Shown one piece after another: positions 40,020 through 49,464 of a stretch of 64,000 bases of DNA. The translations under genes were made by a program, and so were the position numbers. Each line of letters opens with the position of its first letter. Position 1 is the first letter of the stretch. A model generated the notes under the pieces. The model was not told the DNA's origin. It was given only the letters and a program-made list of their open reading frames with translations, and did no database searches. The DNA comes from an uncultured Bacillales bacterium (GTDB taxonomy: Bacteria; Bacillota_I; Bacilli_A; RFN20; CAG-449): positions 56,079-120,078 of the forward strand of contig CAMPBT010000003.1 of the NCBI GenBank assembly GCA_946641515.1, in the 5' to 3' direction.

Positions 40020-40560
40020 CCTCTCACACCACGTAACGTGCCGTTCGGCATTACGCGGTTCAACTTACTTTTAAAGTATGCCTTGACATACTTTCCGCTT
40101 CTTCTCCTTTCCGCTTCTAAGATTTATTTCCTACGTATTGGATATTCTTTGAGATACGCTCATACCTTTTCCTGTCGGATATACCTTAGAAACATACATT
40201 TGTTAAAGCGATGTAAATTGTTTGGTCCTTCCTCTACTGAGTACTATGACCTCTGCTGACTTCCTATAGTTCGCTTTTCTAGGATTTCTCCTCTATAGGA
40301 CCTCACGGGATAAGTTATATATCTTTCCTCGTTTACCTACCTAATTTACGGATTAAGATTACGTTTGCCTTTTGGACTTTATTGCTTTTGGTCAACTTGT
40401 CCACTTAATTCGCCTTGATATTAGGTTTCTATTCGTTAGGCCACGATTTCGCTATCCCTTCTTTTCATGCGTAGTTACCTAGAGGCACTTTGGGAGTCGC
40501 TATCGGGTTGGTCGGCAAATACCTCTCTTCGGACTTTCATCGTAGATATATGACATGCCC
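40020..40560 (-). ncRNA. ORF-free, strand-asymmetric (purine-rich on minus strand) structured region; candidate large ncRNA of unassigned class
   Basis: About 540 nt with no credible ORF; the 73-aa frame at 40038..40259 is low-complexity. Multiple local hairpins, e.g. CGTAATGCCGAACGGCACGTTACG and GAAAGTATGTCAAGGCATACTTT. Bounded by the LRR-gene terminator at 39802-39840 and the rpsR terminator at 40566-40600. Strand assignment is tentative. Confidence 0.3.
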
Positions 40561-40565
40561 GTCAT

Positions 40566-40600
40566 ACCAAAAAAACCGTCCAATTAATGGACGGCTTAAT
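40566..40600 (-). terminator. intrinsic terminator of the rpsF-ssb-rpsR operon
   Basis: On the minus strand: GCCGTCCATTAATTGGACGG followed by TTTTTTT. Confidence 0.8.
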
Positions 40601-40620
40601 TTGCTTTTTGTTTTCCTTAA

Positions 40621-40848
40621 TTAGTCTTCTACGTAAGGAAGAAGTGCAACGAATCTTGCGTTTTTGATTGCTTGTTCGACTGCTCTCTGGTGCTTTGCAC
40701 AAGTACCAGTGACTCTTCTTGGAGAAATCTTTCCGTTTGGAGAGATGAATTTCTTTAATAATTCAACATCCTTATAGTCGATTTCCTGGTTTTTATTCTT
40801 ACAGAAGATACAAACCTTTTTTCTAGGTCTCATTTTCTTAAAAGCCAT
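40621..40848 (-). CDS. rpsR: 30S ribosomal protein S18
   Basis: ORF 40621..40872. Start probably at [13 protein letters not shown].... Conserved CxFC and RRVTG...KHQR motifs. Confidence 0.9.
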   Translation of the reverse strand: MAFKKMRPRKKVCIFCKNKNQEIDYKDVELLKKFISPNGKISPRRVTGTCAKHQRAVEQAIKNARFVALLPYVED

Positions 40849-40901
40849 GCTATATCCTACCTTTCTTCTCACATTTGTGAGAGCATCAACATTTACCGTT
40901 A

Positions 40902-41351
40902 CTAGAATGGTAAATCGTCATCTGCGACATCGATAGAAGTTACGTTCTTTTTGCTTTCGTCTTCAGAAGGGATTGGATCTGGTTGGTAACCAAAATCTTG
41001 GTCTGGTTCAACAACAGAGTTTGCTGCACCATTTCTTCTTTCAAGACTATTAACGTTGTCACAAACAACTTCGATTACTTGGACCTTGCGGCCATCCTTA
41101 GAATCATAAGATCTCTGGTTTAATCTACCGTCGACTGCAACTAAAGAACCCTTGAAAGCATATTTTGTAATATAATCTGCTCTCTGTCCCCAAGCAGTAC
41201 ATGGAATGAAAGATGTTGTTCTTTCTTGATTGTCCTTGCTTGTTGGATTGTCAATAGCGACTGTGAAGGATGCGACTGACATGCCACTAGTTGTCTTTCT
41301 AAGTTCTGGATCTCTGGTCAAGCGACCTACTAAAACTACTCTGTTAATCAT
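40902..41351 (-). CDS. ssb: single-stranded DNA-binding protein
   Basis: 149 aa. [18 protein letters not shown]... OB-fold. Acidic C-terminal tail ending DDDLPF. Confidence 0.95.
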   Translation of the reverse strand: MINRVVLVGRLTRDPELRKTTSGMSVASFTVAIDNPTSKDNQERTTSFIPCTAWGQRADYITKYAFKGSLVAVDGRLNQRSYDSKDGRKVQVIEVVCDNVNSLERRNGAANSVVEPDQDFGYQPDPIPSEDESKKNVTSIDVADDDLPF

Positions 41352-41380
41352 AACTGAATCTCCTTTATGCTATAGGAAAC

Positions 41381-41665
41381 TTATTTAGCTCTGACAAACT
41401 GACGTAATACTTGTGGATTTAATTTAGCAAGTCTGCTAAATTCATCAACTACTGCTGGTGATGCAACTGTAGCATCAACAACTACGTAATATCCTTTGAT
41501 TTCCTTGTTGATTTCGTATGCTAAATCTCTTAAACCCCATTCATTAACATTGTCAACAGTGCTGTTGTCTGCTGTTAATGCTTCGTTTAATTTTCCGATT
41601 AATGCGTTACGTGATGCATCATCAAGGTCAGCTTTTAAGATATACATAATTTCGTATTTTCTCAT
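41381..41665 (-). CDS. rpsF: 30S ribosomal protein S6
   Basis: 94 aa. MRKYEIMYIL... typical S6. Operon rpsF-ssb-rpsR. Confidence 0.93.
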   Translation of the reverse strand: MRKYEIMYILKADLDDASRNALIGKLNEALTADNSTVDNVNEWGLRDLAYEINKEIKGYYVVVDATVASPAVVDEFSRLAKLNPQVLRQFVRAK

Positions 41666-41860
41666 ATCTTTTACCTCCCTATGGTCTTATCTGGCTACTC
41701 CTAAATTAAAGTAGCAGAGAAGCTTTTGTCATGGGCCTTCACTCCCATTCTCTAATACTATAACTTAGTTATAGGAGGTTGTAAAGTAAAAATTGTCGAA
41801 CTTCTAATTCTCCTACACTAAATCTATACACAATTTTAAATAAAATCCCAAAAAATATTT

Positions 41861-43111
41861 TTATAACTTTTCTTTTCCTACTGCAATCATAAGTTTAATT
41901 CTATTTTCTTGATTGACTTTAGTTTGAGAAGGATCGTAATCAATTGCAACAATATTTGCTAAAGGATATTTATCCTTTAATTCTTTCATAACGCCTTTAC
42001 CACAAATATGGTTAGGTAAGCAACCGAATGGTTGAGCGCAGACAATGTTTTCATATCCAGTTTGAATTAATTCAACCATTTCTGCAGTTAATAAGAAACC
42101 TTCTCCCATCTTAACCGCGTGAGACAAAATTCCATTAGATAAATTGACTGTATGTTTAAAAGGCATCATCGGTGTAAAACTTGTATACTTTTCAATGGCT
42201 TTTATCATCAATTTTTCACGTTTTTCTAGGTATTTTATAAGTCCTTTGTAAATTAAATTTTTGATGGTAGAACCACCATAAATTTCTTTATCATACTGAG
42301 GAACATATAACGAATAATAAACAAAACCTAGAAGTCCTGGAACATTAACTTCGCATCCTTGTTCTACTAAAAATGTCTCTAAATTATTATTAGCAAGAGA
42401 AGCATATTTAACATAGATTTCTCCGACCACACCAACTTTAACTTTCTTTTCATTTGTAATTGGTAATTTATTAAATTCTTCACAAATATATCTATAATTT
42501 TTAGACATTTCACGTGCACCAATACCAGAACCATTTTTAAGTTTTTCTGCAAGAACTTTAGTTATTTTATTAACTAACTCTTCTGCAGAACCTTTTGTAA
42601 TTTCATAGCTTCTAGTCTTGTTGTAAAGATACATAATTAAGTCGCCATAAAAAACCGCTACACCTAATTTTGTTGCCATTTTTAAGTCAAGTTTAAAACC
42701 AGAATGTTCAAGTCCTTGCATAGAAACTGAAATAACAGGAACATGGCCAAATCCCGCTTTTTTTAACGCTTTTCTAAGTAAATAGATATAGTTAGATGCT
42801 CTACATCCTCCACCAGTTTGAGTAAGAATCAAAGCAACTTTTGAAGTATCTTCCATATGCTCTAAAGCATCAATAAATTGACCAATAACTAAAGTAGCAG
42901 GATAACAAGTATCATTATGAACATACTTAAGACCTACTTGAGCAACACCTTCAAAATTATCACAAACTTTGCATTTATATCCTGCTTGAACAAGGACTTC
43001 CTTCATAAGTTTCATATGAACATCAAGCATAGAAGGAATTAAGATTGTATAGTCTTTAACCATCTCTTTAGTAAAGACAGGATAATCAATTACTTTATTA
43101 TTTCTTTTCAT
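41861..43111 (-). CDS. 2-hydroxyacyl-CoA dehydratase family protein (HgdB/D-component-like)
   Basis: 416 aa. Overall resemblance to dehydratase beta/D-component proteins (Cys residues C...C...GGGC, conserved GxxG pockets). Overlaps the upstream fusion gene by 14 nt, as expected for an operon partner. Confidence 0.5.
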   Translation of the reverse strand: MKRNNKVIDYPVFTKEMVKDYTILIPSMLDVHMKLMKEVLVQAGYKCKVCDNFEGVAQVGLKYVHNDTCYPATLVIGQFIDALEHMEDTSKVALILTQTGGGCRASNYIYLLRKALKKAGFGHVPVISVSMQGLEHSGFKLDLKMATKLGVAVFYGDLIMYLYNKTRSYEITKGSAEELVNKITKVLAEKLKNGSGIGAREMSKNYRYICEEFNKLPITNEKKVKVGVVGEIYVKYASLANNNLETFLVEQGCEVNVPGLLGFVYYSLYVPQYDKEIYGGSTIKNLIYKGLIKYLEKREKLMIKAIEKYTSFTPMMPFKHTVNLSNGILSHAVKMGEGFLLTAEMVELIQTGYENIVCAQPFGCLPNHICGKGVMKELKDKYPLANIVAIDYDPSQTKVNQENRIKLMIAVGKEKL

Positions 43112-46013
43112 TTTTATCCTCCTTTTCTAAAGCAGCGAATAAAGATCTTAATCTAATCTTAACTGCACCTAAGTTAGTAATTTCATCAATCTTGATTTGA
43201 GTATAAATCTTGTTTTTAGCTTCTAAGATTTCTTTAACTTCATCAGTAGTAATAGCGTCAAGTCCACATCCGAAAGAAACAAGTTGAACAAGTTCCATAT
43301 TCTTTTTAGTACTTACATAGTTTGCAGCATTATATAGTCTTGCGTGATATGTCCACTGATTAAGAACATGACGAGGAAGCTTTTCAACTCTATTTGATAA
43401 AGAAGATTCAGTAATAACTGCTTTATCAAATCCTGCGATCAATTTATCAATACCATGATTAATTAATGGATCAACGTGATAAGGTCTACCACATAAAACA
43501 ACAATACGTTTTCCGCTTTTTTCCGCTTCTTCAATAATCTCTTCACCTTTACGACGAATATCGCTTAAATATGAAGAATATTCTGCGTAAGCTTTATCAA
43601 CTGCATTAAGAATATCTTTTTTCTTTAACGTACTATCAAACTTACGAAGAATAGGGACTATTCTCTTCTTAAAATATGGTTCATTATGTATACCAACATA
43701 ATCAAAGACATAATTAACATCTTGAAGTCTCATCACATTGTTATGCAATTGTTCTGGATAATACGCAACAACTGGACAGTTATAATGATTATCAGAAATC
43801 TTTTCATCAATATTATATGACATACCAGGATAGAAAATATTTGTATAACCTTCATTTAACAATTTTTCAATGTGACCATGAGCAAGTTTTGCGGGGAAAC
43901 ATTCAGTATCTGAAGGAATTGTATGTTGACCTGATGAATATAATTTTTCATTAGAAAAACCAGAATTATGAACTTCAAAACCAAGTTCAGTAAGTAATGT
44001 AAACCAGAAAGGATATAACTCATACATATTTAAACAAAGAGGAATACCAATCTTTGCTCTTTTGCCGTGTACTGGTTCATAAGAAGCAATTTTTTGTCTT
44101 ATATATTCATATAAGTTTAATGAATTATCTTGAGCTTTCTTAGTAAGAGGTCTTTCACATCTATTACCTGAAATATATCTATTTTTGTTATTAAAGACAT
44201 TAATAGATAAATCGCAGTGGTTATTGCATAATCCACATTTAGTATTAATAATCTTATGCTCAAAATTTTTAATTTCTTCTGCACTTAAAATATTAGATTT
44301 TTCTAATTCTAAATCTTTAGCATATAATGCAGCACCATACGCTCCCATTAAGCCAGCAATATTTGGTCTAATTACTTCTTTACCAAGCATCTGTTCAAAA
44401 GATCTTAAAACCGCTTCGTTATAGAAAGTACCGCCTTGAACAACGATATGATCACCTAACTTAGCAGTAGAAGTAACTCTAATAACTTTGTATAAAGCAT
44501 TTTTAACAACAGACATTGCTAAACCTGCAGAAATATTATCAATAGTCGCGCCATCTTTTTGAGCCTGTTTAACAGAGGAATTCATAAAAACGGTACATCT
44601 AGAGCCTAAATCTACCGGTTTTTTAGCAAGTAATCCAATACGAGCAAATTCACTGACATCATAACCAAGTGCATTTGCAAATGTCTGTAAGAAAGAACCG
44701 CATCCAGACGAGCATGCTTCATTTAAGAAGATGTTAGTAGTAATTCCGTGTTCAACTTTAAAACACTTAATATCTTGTCCACCGATATCAATAATAAAAT
44801 CTACATCTTTTTGGAAATGTTTCGCAGCTTCTAAATGTGCCATAGTTTCAACTAGCCCACCATCAAGTTGGAAAGCATTTTTAATTAAATCTTCACCATA
44901 TCCTGTTGAAGCGGCACCTTTAATTAATAAATCAGGTTTTAAATCATACATCTCAGTTAAGATGTCTTTTAACATCACAACTGGATTACCTTTATTAGGT
45001 AAATATTTAGTAAAACGAATATTTAAATCTTCATCAATTAAGCAAACTTTAATAGTAGTAGAGCCAGAATCAATACCTAAATAGAATGGTCCGTTATAAG
45101 AATCATCTAAAGGTAAAGTATTTACATACGCTTTAGCGTGTCTTTCTCTAAATTCTTTTAATTCTTCTTCATTATTAAATAATGGAGATAATGATTTGTA
45201 ATGACCTTTAGATTCATGATGTTCAATCTTATAAATTAAATCATCAATAGTCATCTCGCCATTTGCACTTAATGCTGCACCCATTGCAACATAATAAAGT
45301 GAATTAGGAGGACAAATACCTTTACATTTTAAAGTTTCATCAAAGCTCTTTTGAAGTTCACTCATAAATGTTAAAGGTCCACCTAAATAAACAATCTTAC
45401 CTTGAATATCTCTTCCTTGAGCAAGTCCACCAATAGTTTGATTAACTACAGCTTTAAAAATAGATGCTGCAATATCTTTTTTATCTGCACCTTGGTTAAG
45501 TAAAGGTTGAATATCAGTTTTAGCAAAAACACCACATCTAGAAGCAATGTTATAGATTTTGCCGTGTTCTTTAGCAATGTCATTTAAATCTTCAATTGAA
45601 ATATTAAGTAAGGTAGACATTTGGTCAATAAAAGCACCAGTACCACCTGCACAAGATCCATTCATTCTAACTTCAAGTCCATTAGATAAGAATAAAATTT
45701 TCGCGTCTTCCCCGCCAAGTTCAATGACACAGTCTGTACCTGGAATAAACTTATTCACTGCAACTCTAGTTGCATATACTTCTTGAACAAAATCAATGCC
45801 TAAATCTTCACAAAGTCCCATACCTGCAGAGCCAGAAATAGCAACATGTAATTCTGAATCACCTAACTTATTTTTAATATCTTTTAATATCTCTAAAAGA
45901 TTCTCTTTGATATGAGAATAATGTCTTTTATAAATATCATATTTAATATTCGTATTATCATCAAAAACAATTGCTTTAATTGTAGTTGAACCAATATCAA
46001 GTCCTAGTCTCAT
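43098..46013 (-). CDS. acyl-CoA dehydratase activase-related fusion protein: two BadF/BadG/BcrA/BcrD (HgdC-like) ATPase domains plus a C-terminal dehydratase-component-like domain
   Basis: ORF 43098..46031. Start preferred at MRLGLDIGSTTIKA (46013). A second actin-fold start motif YLGIDSGSTTIKVCL lies about 320 aa later. Cys cluster KCGLCNNHCDLS...GNRCERP. C-terminal half HgdB-like. Confidence 0.6.
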   Translation of the reverse strand: MRLGLDIGSTTIKAIVFDDNTNIKYDIYKRHYSHIKENLLEILKDIKNKLGDSELHVAISGSAGMGLCEDLGIDFVQEVYATRVAVNKFIPGTDCVIELGGEDAKILFLSNGLEVRMNGSCAGGTGAFIDQMSTLLNISIEDLNDIAKEHGKIYNIASRCGVFAKTDIQPLLNQGADKKDIAASIFKAVVNQTIGGLAQGRDIQGKIVYLGGPLTFMSELQKSFDETLKCKGICPPNSLYYVAMGAALSANGEMTIDDLIYKIEHHESKGHYKSLSPLFNNEEELKEFRERHAKAYVNTLPLDDSYNGPFYLGIDSGSTTIKVCLIDEDLNIRFTKYLPNKGNPVVMLKDILTEMYDLKPDLLIKGAASTGYGEDLIKNAFQLDGGLVETMAHLEAAKHFQKDVDFIIDIGGQDIKCFKVEHGITTNIFLNEACSSGCGSFLQTFANALGYDVSEFARIGLLAKKPVDLGSRCTVFMNSSVKQAQKDGATIDNISAGLAMSVVKNALYKVIRVTSTAKLGDHIVVQGGTFYNEAVLRSFEQMLGKEVIRPNIAGLMGAYGAALYAKDLELEKSNILSAEEIKNFEHKIINTKCGLCNNHCDLSINVFNNKNRYISGNRCERPLTKKAQDNSLNLYEYIRQKIASYEPVHGKRAKIGIPLCLNMYELYPFWFTLLTELGFEVHNSGFSNEKLYSSGQHTIPSDTECFPAKLAHGHIEKLLNEGYTNIFYPGMSYNIDEKISDNHYNCPVVAYYPEQLHNNVMRLQDVNYVFDYVGIHNEPYFKKRIVPILRKFDSTLKKKDILNAVDKAYAEYSSYLSDIRRKGEEIIEEAEKSGKRIVVLCGRPYHVDPLINHGIDKLIAGFDKAVITESSLSNRVEKLPRHVLNQWTYHARLYNAANYVSTKKNMELVQLVSFGCGLDAITTDEVKEILEAKNKIYTQIKIDEITNLGAVKIRLRSLFAALEKEDKNEKK

Positions 46014-46230
46014 TATAATACCCCGCTTCATTAAAAATTATAGGAGGGTATTTATTAAAAATAAATAAAATCCAAAATTTAAAAATTTTTTGTTATTATT
46101 TTCAAGTTGTTAATAGGCACTTTTAGAAAAAGTGTCTATTTACTTTGTTATATAAATAGATTAAAACTACTATTTACAAAAATTATTAAAATTTTAAATT
46201 GGTTTCATTATAATAAAGGCAGGTTAACAT

Positions 46231-47016
46231 ATGAGAAAACAAAAAACTGTTTATTACAAAGATGAAATTAATGATGATTTTGCAGGCACAAATATCATCA
46301 CTCAACCTCTACGAGAAGATTATCATTATGTCCATAAAGGTTTTGTATGGAACTTTTTTGCATTTATCTTCTATTGGATAATTGCTTTCCCATTAGTATT
46401 CCTAATCCAAAAGCTTTGGACACATCAAAAAATTGTTAATAAAAAAGTTTTAAAAGAAGCAAGAAAGAAAAAGACGGGATATTTTATTTATTGTAACCAT
46501 ACTCAGTTATTCTCAGATGCAGTTACTCCTGCTTTAATTGCTGCTCCTCATAAAGCATATGTCACTGCTCATCCAGACTGTGTCTCCATTCCACTAGTAA
46601 AAGTACTCGTAGAATGGGCAGGAGGGCTTCCATTAAGTTCTACATTCAAAGGAATGAAAAATATGTATCGAGCGATGGATTACCGCCTAAAACATAAAAA
46701 CGTTATTACTATTTTTCCAGAAGCTCATATCTGGCCTTATTATAATAAAATTAGACCATTTATCGATTCTTCATTTGCCTACCCTGTCAAATTCAACGTA
46801 CCAGTATACGCAGTAACTACTACTTATTACAAAAAGAAATATTTTATTAAGCCAAGAATTAAAACATTCGTAGACGGACCTTTCTATCCAGACCCTTCTT
46901 TATCTCCAGTAGAAGCTAGAGAAAAGTTAAGAGATCAAGTATATAACGTTATGTGTGAACGTGCGGAAAAATATTCCACATATGAATATGTTAAATACGT
47001 AAAAAAAGAAGATTAG
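46231..47016 (+). CDS. lysophospholipid acyltransferase-like (PlsC-family) protein
   Basis: 261 aa. N-terminal TM. NHTQLFSD (HX4-5D-like) and FPEAHIW (FPEGTR-like) motifs. Confidence 0.45.
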   Translation: MRKQKTVYYKDEINDDFAGTNIITQPLREDYHYVHKGFVWNFFAFIFYWIIAFPLVFLIQKLWTHQKIVNKKVLKEARKKKTGYFIYCNHTQLFSDAVTPALIAAPHKAYVTAHPDCVSIPLVKVLVEWAGGLPLSSTFKGMKNMYRAMDYRLKHKNVITIFPEAHIWPYYNKIRPFIDSSFAYPVKFNVPVYAVTTTYYKKKYFIKPRIKTFVDGPFYPDPSLSPVEAREKLRDQVYNVMCERAEKYSTYEYVKYVKKED

Positions 47017-47044
47017 AAAATCACTAATCTTCTTATTTTTTTGC

Positions 47045-48208
47045 CTATTTTTGATATAAATCAATAGCCTTTTTTAGTCTAGATAAAGCATCAATAACAT
47101 TACTTCTTTGAGTAGCAAGATTCATTCTCAAGAAAGATAATCCACCTTCTCCATATTCTTCTCCATCAGATAAATATAAACCTGTAGTATCTAAAATATA
47201 ATCTCTTAATTTAGTACCATTTGGTTCAACATTAGAAACATCTATCCAAAGTAAATACAAAGCATCTGATTCAATAACTTTTAAAGAAGGAATTTCTTTG
47301 TTAATGTAATCTCTAACATAATCTTTATTTGCAAAGACATATTCTCTTAATTCATCAATCCATTCTTCACCTTTATAGAACGCTAGTTGAGGAGCTATTG
47401 TTGCAAGAGTATTAGCTTCTGCACATTCATCAGTATTTAATCCTCTTTCAAATTTATGTTTTAAATATGGATTTGGAATAACCGCCATAGAGGTTTGAAT
47501 TCCCGCGATATTAAAGCATTTTGTAGGTGCAATTAATGTTAATGAATTATTTAAATTAGTTTCAGAAACTGATGCAAAAGGAATATAAGATTTTCCAGGT
47601 CTAGTTAAATCACCATGAACTTCATCAGAAATAACTACAACATTATATTTTTTACATAATTCACCAATTCTAATTAATTCTTCTTTAGTCCAAATCTTAC
47701 CAATTGGATTATGAGGATTACAGAAAATTAAAGCAGAAGTTTCTTCTAACGCTAATTTATTTTCTAAATCGGCCCAATCAACTTCATAAATTCCATCTTT
47801 ATATAAAAGTTTATTTTGTAATGGTTTTCTTCCATTATTAACAATTGAATTAAAGAATATATTATAGACCGGAGTCATAACCACAACATTATTTGCCACT
47901 TCAGTCAATCTTCTAACAGCAGAAGAAATAGAAGGAATAACACCTGTAGAAAAAACCATCCATTCTTTTTTTATTTCAAAATGATAACGTTTATTCCACC
48001 AATAGATATAAGATTCAAACATTGAAGGAGGAAGAATATTATATCCGTAAATACCTTGATTAATTCTTTCTTTAAATCCTTCAATAATTTCAGGAGCAGT
48101 CTCAAAATCCATATCTGCAATCCACATAGGAAGGACATTGTCCTTAACATCCCATTTAACCGAGTATGTATTACGTCTATTAGTAGGTTTATCAAAGTTA
48201 TATTTCAT
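47045..48208 (-). CDS. PLP-dependent C-S lyase (MalY/PatB-family cystathionine beta-lyase-like aminotransferase)
   Basis: 387 aa. Aminotransferase class I/II fold with the PatB/MalY N-terminus (KYNFDKPTNRRNTYSVKWD). Confidence 0.75.
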   Translation of the reverse strand: MKYNFDKPTNRRNTYSVKWDVKDNVLPMWIADMDFETAPEIIEGFKERINQGIYGYNILPPSMFESYIYWWNKRYHFEIKKEWMVFSTGVIPSISSAVRRLTEVANNVVVMTPVYNIFFNSIVNNGRKPLQNKLLYKDGIYEVDWADLENKLALEETSALIFCNPHNPIGKIWTKEELIRIGELCKKYNVVVISDEVHGDLTRPGKSYIPFASVSETNLNNSLTLIAPTKCFNIAGIQTSMAVIPNPYLKHKFERGLNTDECAEANTLATIAPQLAFYKGEEWIDELREYVFANKDYVRDYINKEIPSLKVIESDALYLLWIDVSNVEPNGTKLRDYILDTTGLYLSDGEEYGEGGLSFLRMNLATQRSNVIDALSRLKKAIDLYQK

Positions 48209-48213
48209 ATTAT

Positions 48214-49053
48214 TTACCCCTTAATAATAATTTCAGTTTTAGATGGATCAATTTCATTCTTATCCATAATTAATTCATCAATACCTTCACATACTAGTCT
48301 ACCAGAAATAATGTTCTTAACAGAATCAATACGAGAATTAATTTCACAATTAATTGTAGAATATTCAAATGCCAAGTTTGTATTTTCTAATTTACAATTC
48401 TCCATAACTAAGTTTTCCATATAACAGAAACCTTGTTCACTTTCGATTGTACAGTTAACTAATTTAACATTTTTAGAGTTCCAACCAAAATATTCACCTC
48501 TAATAACAGAATCGTAAACTTCAACATTTTCACAATTCCAAAATGAATCTTTTGAATTTAAGATAGAGTTTTTAACAACAATGTTCTTACCTCCATCAAG
48601 AATATAATTGCCATCTAAAATTAAGTTTTCAATTACTACGTCAGAAGAATCTTTTAATAAGTAATCCCCTTTAGCTTTAACATTCTTCATATTAATATGA
48701 TCACATGACCATAAAGTTTCTTTAGCATCCAAGAATTCAGTATCTTCAATAGTTATAAATGATGCTCTTCTAAATTCTTTAGGAGCTTCTACTAAGCAAT
48801 TCTTTAATTTAATGTTCTTTGTATACCAAATACCAGATCTAGACATAACTTTAAAAGTAGAATTATTAACTTCAAAGTTTTCTCCATACCATAAAGGATA
48901 TTTCCATTCAAACGATGAATTGTTTATAACAACATTCTTACTTTCTTTTAATGGAGATTCTCCATCTTTGAAAGTAGAATTATTAATAACTAAATCACGA
49001 GATTTAAAAAGTGCTCTTTCACCTGTAAAAGTACCATTTTCTAAAATTTTCAT
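48214..49053 (-). CDS. right-handed parallel beta-helix repeat protein (DUF3737-like)
   Basis: 279 aa of repeated about 22-aa units (VxNNSTF / NxxLxN...). 5 nt separate it from the patB-like gene, so likely co-transcribed. Confidence 0.5.
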   Translation of the reverse strand: MKILENGTFTGERALFKSRDLVINNSTFKDGESPLKESKNVVINNSSFEWKYPLWYGENFEVNNSTFKVMSRSGIWYTKNIKLKNCLVEAPKEFRRASFITIEDTEFLDAKETLWSCDHINMKNVKAKGDYLLKDSSDVVIENLILDGNYILDGGKNIVVKNSILNSKDSFWNCENVEVYDSVIRGEYFGWNSKNVKLVNCTIESEQGFCYMENLVMENCKLENTNLAFEYSTINCEINSRIDSVKNIISGRLVCEGIDELIMDKNEIDPSKTEIIIKG

Positions 49054-49164
49054 AATTAAACCTCCATGTAAGACTAATATAATTATAAATAATTATTAAT
49101 TTTTATTCGTGACATTATCACATTATATATTGTGTTTAATATCAATTTAAATTTTAAAAATTAT

Positions 49165-49190
49165 TATTTTTTTAAAGTTTTCGTGCCTAT
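49165..49190 (+). promoter_or_regulatory. conserved TTTTTTTAAAGTTTTCGTGCC box (copy 2) upstream of the SipW-like gene
   Basis: Near-identical to 38128-38150. A second related site ATCGTGCAATTTGTGCCACAATG lies at 49391-49413. Confidence 0.45.
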
Positions 49191-49464
49191 TTTGATAATA
49201 TTTCACATTTATAATCAATAGTTTTGCTATTTTTATTGCAGACAAAAGTATTTTTCGGCTATTTACATTAATTTTATCGGTATTTATTATTGTTTTAATA
49301 TATTGTATCTATATTATATCATTTATATATATACGTACGCGCACGCGCATTGATAGATGTTATCTCAAAAAAAGTGCTTTTGTGTATCAAATCGTGCAAT
49401 TTGTGCCACAATGTTTAAAATTATATAATATTAATGTAAAAATATAGATGTAAGGAGGGATATT

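Noticed and set aside
40038-40259. 73-aa ORF (MPFGITRFNLLLKYALTYFPLLLL...) inside the 40.0-40.6 kb spacer
   Set aside because: Low-complexity, Leu/Tyr/Arg-rich, no RBS and no recognisable motif. It lies in a strand-asymmetric, hairpin-rich region better explained as noncoding RNA or a relic.
40020-40560. Possibility that the structured spacer is RNase P RNA (rnpB)
   Set aside because: A GAUGAAAGUCCG-like segment resembles the P4 5' strand. However no complementary P4 3' strand (...CGGACUU/ACAGAA...) and no other universally conserved RNase P blocks could be found.
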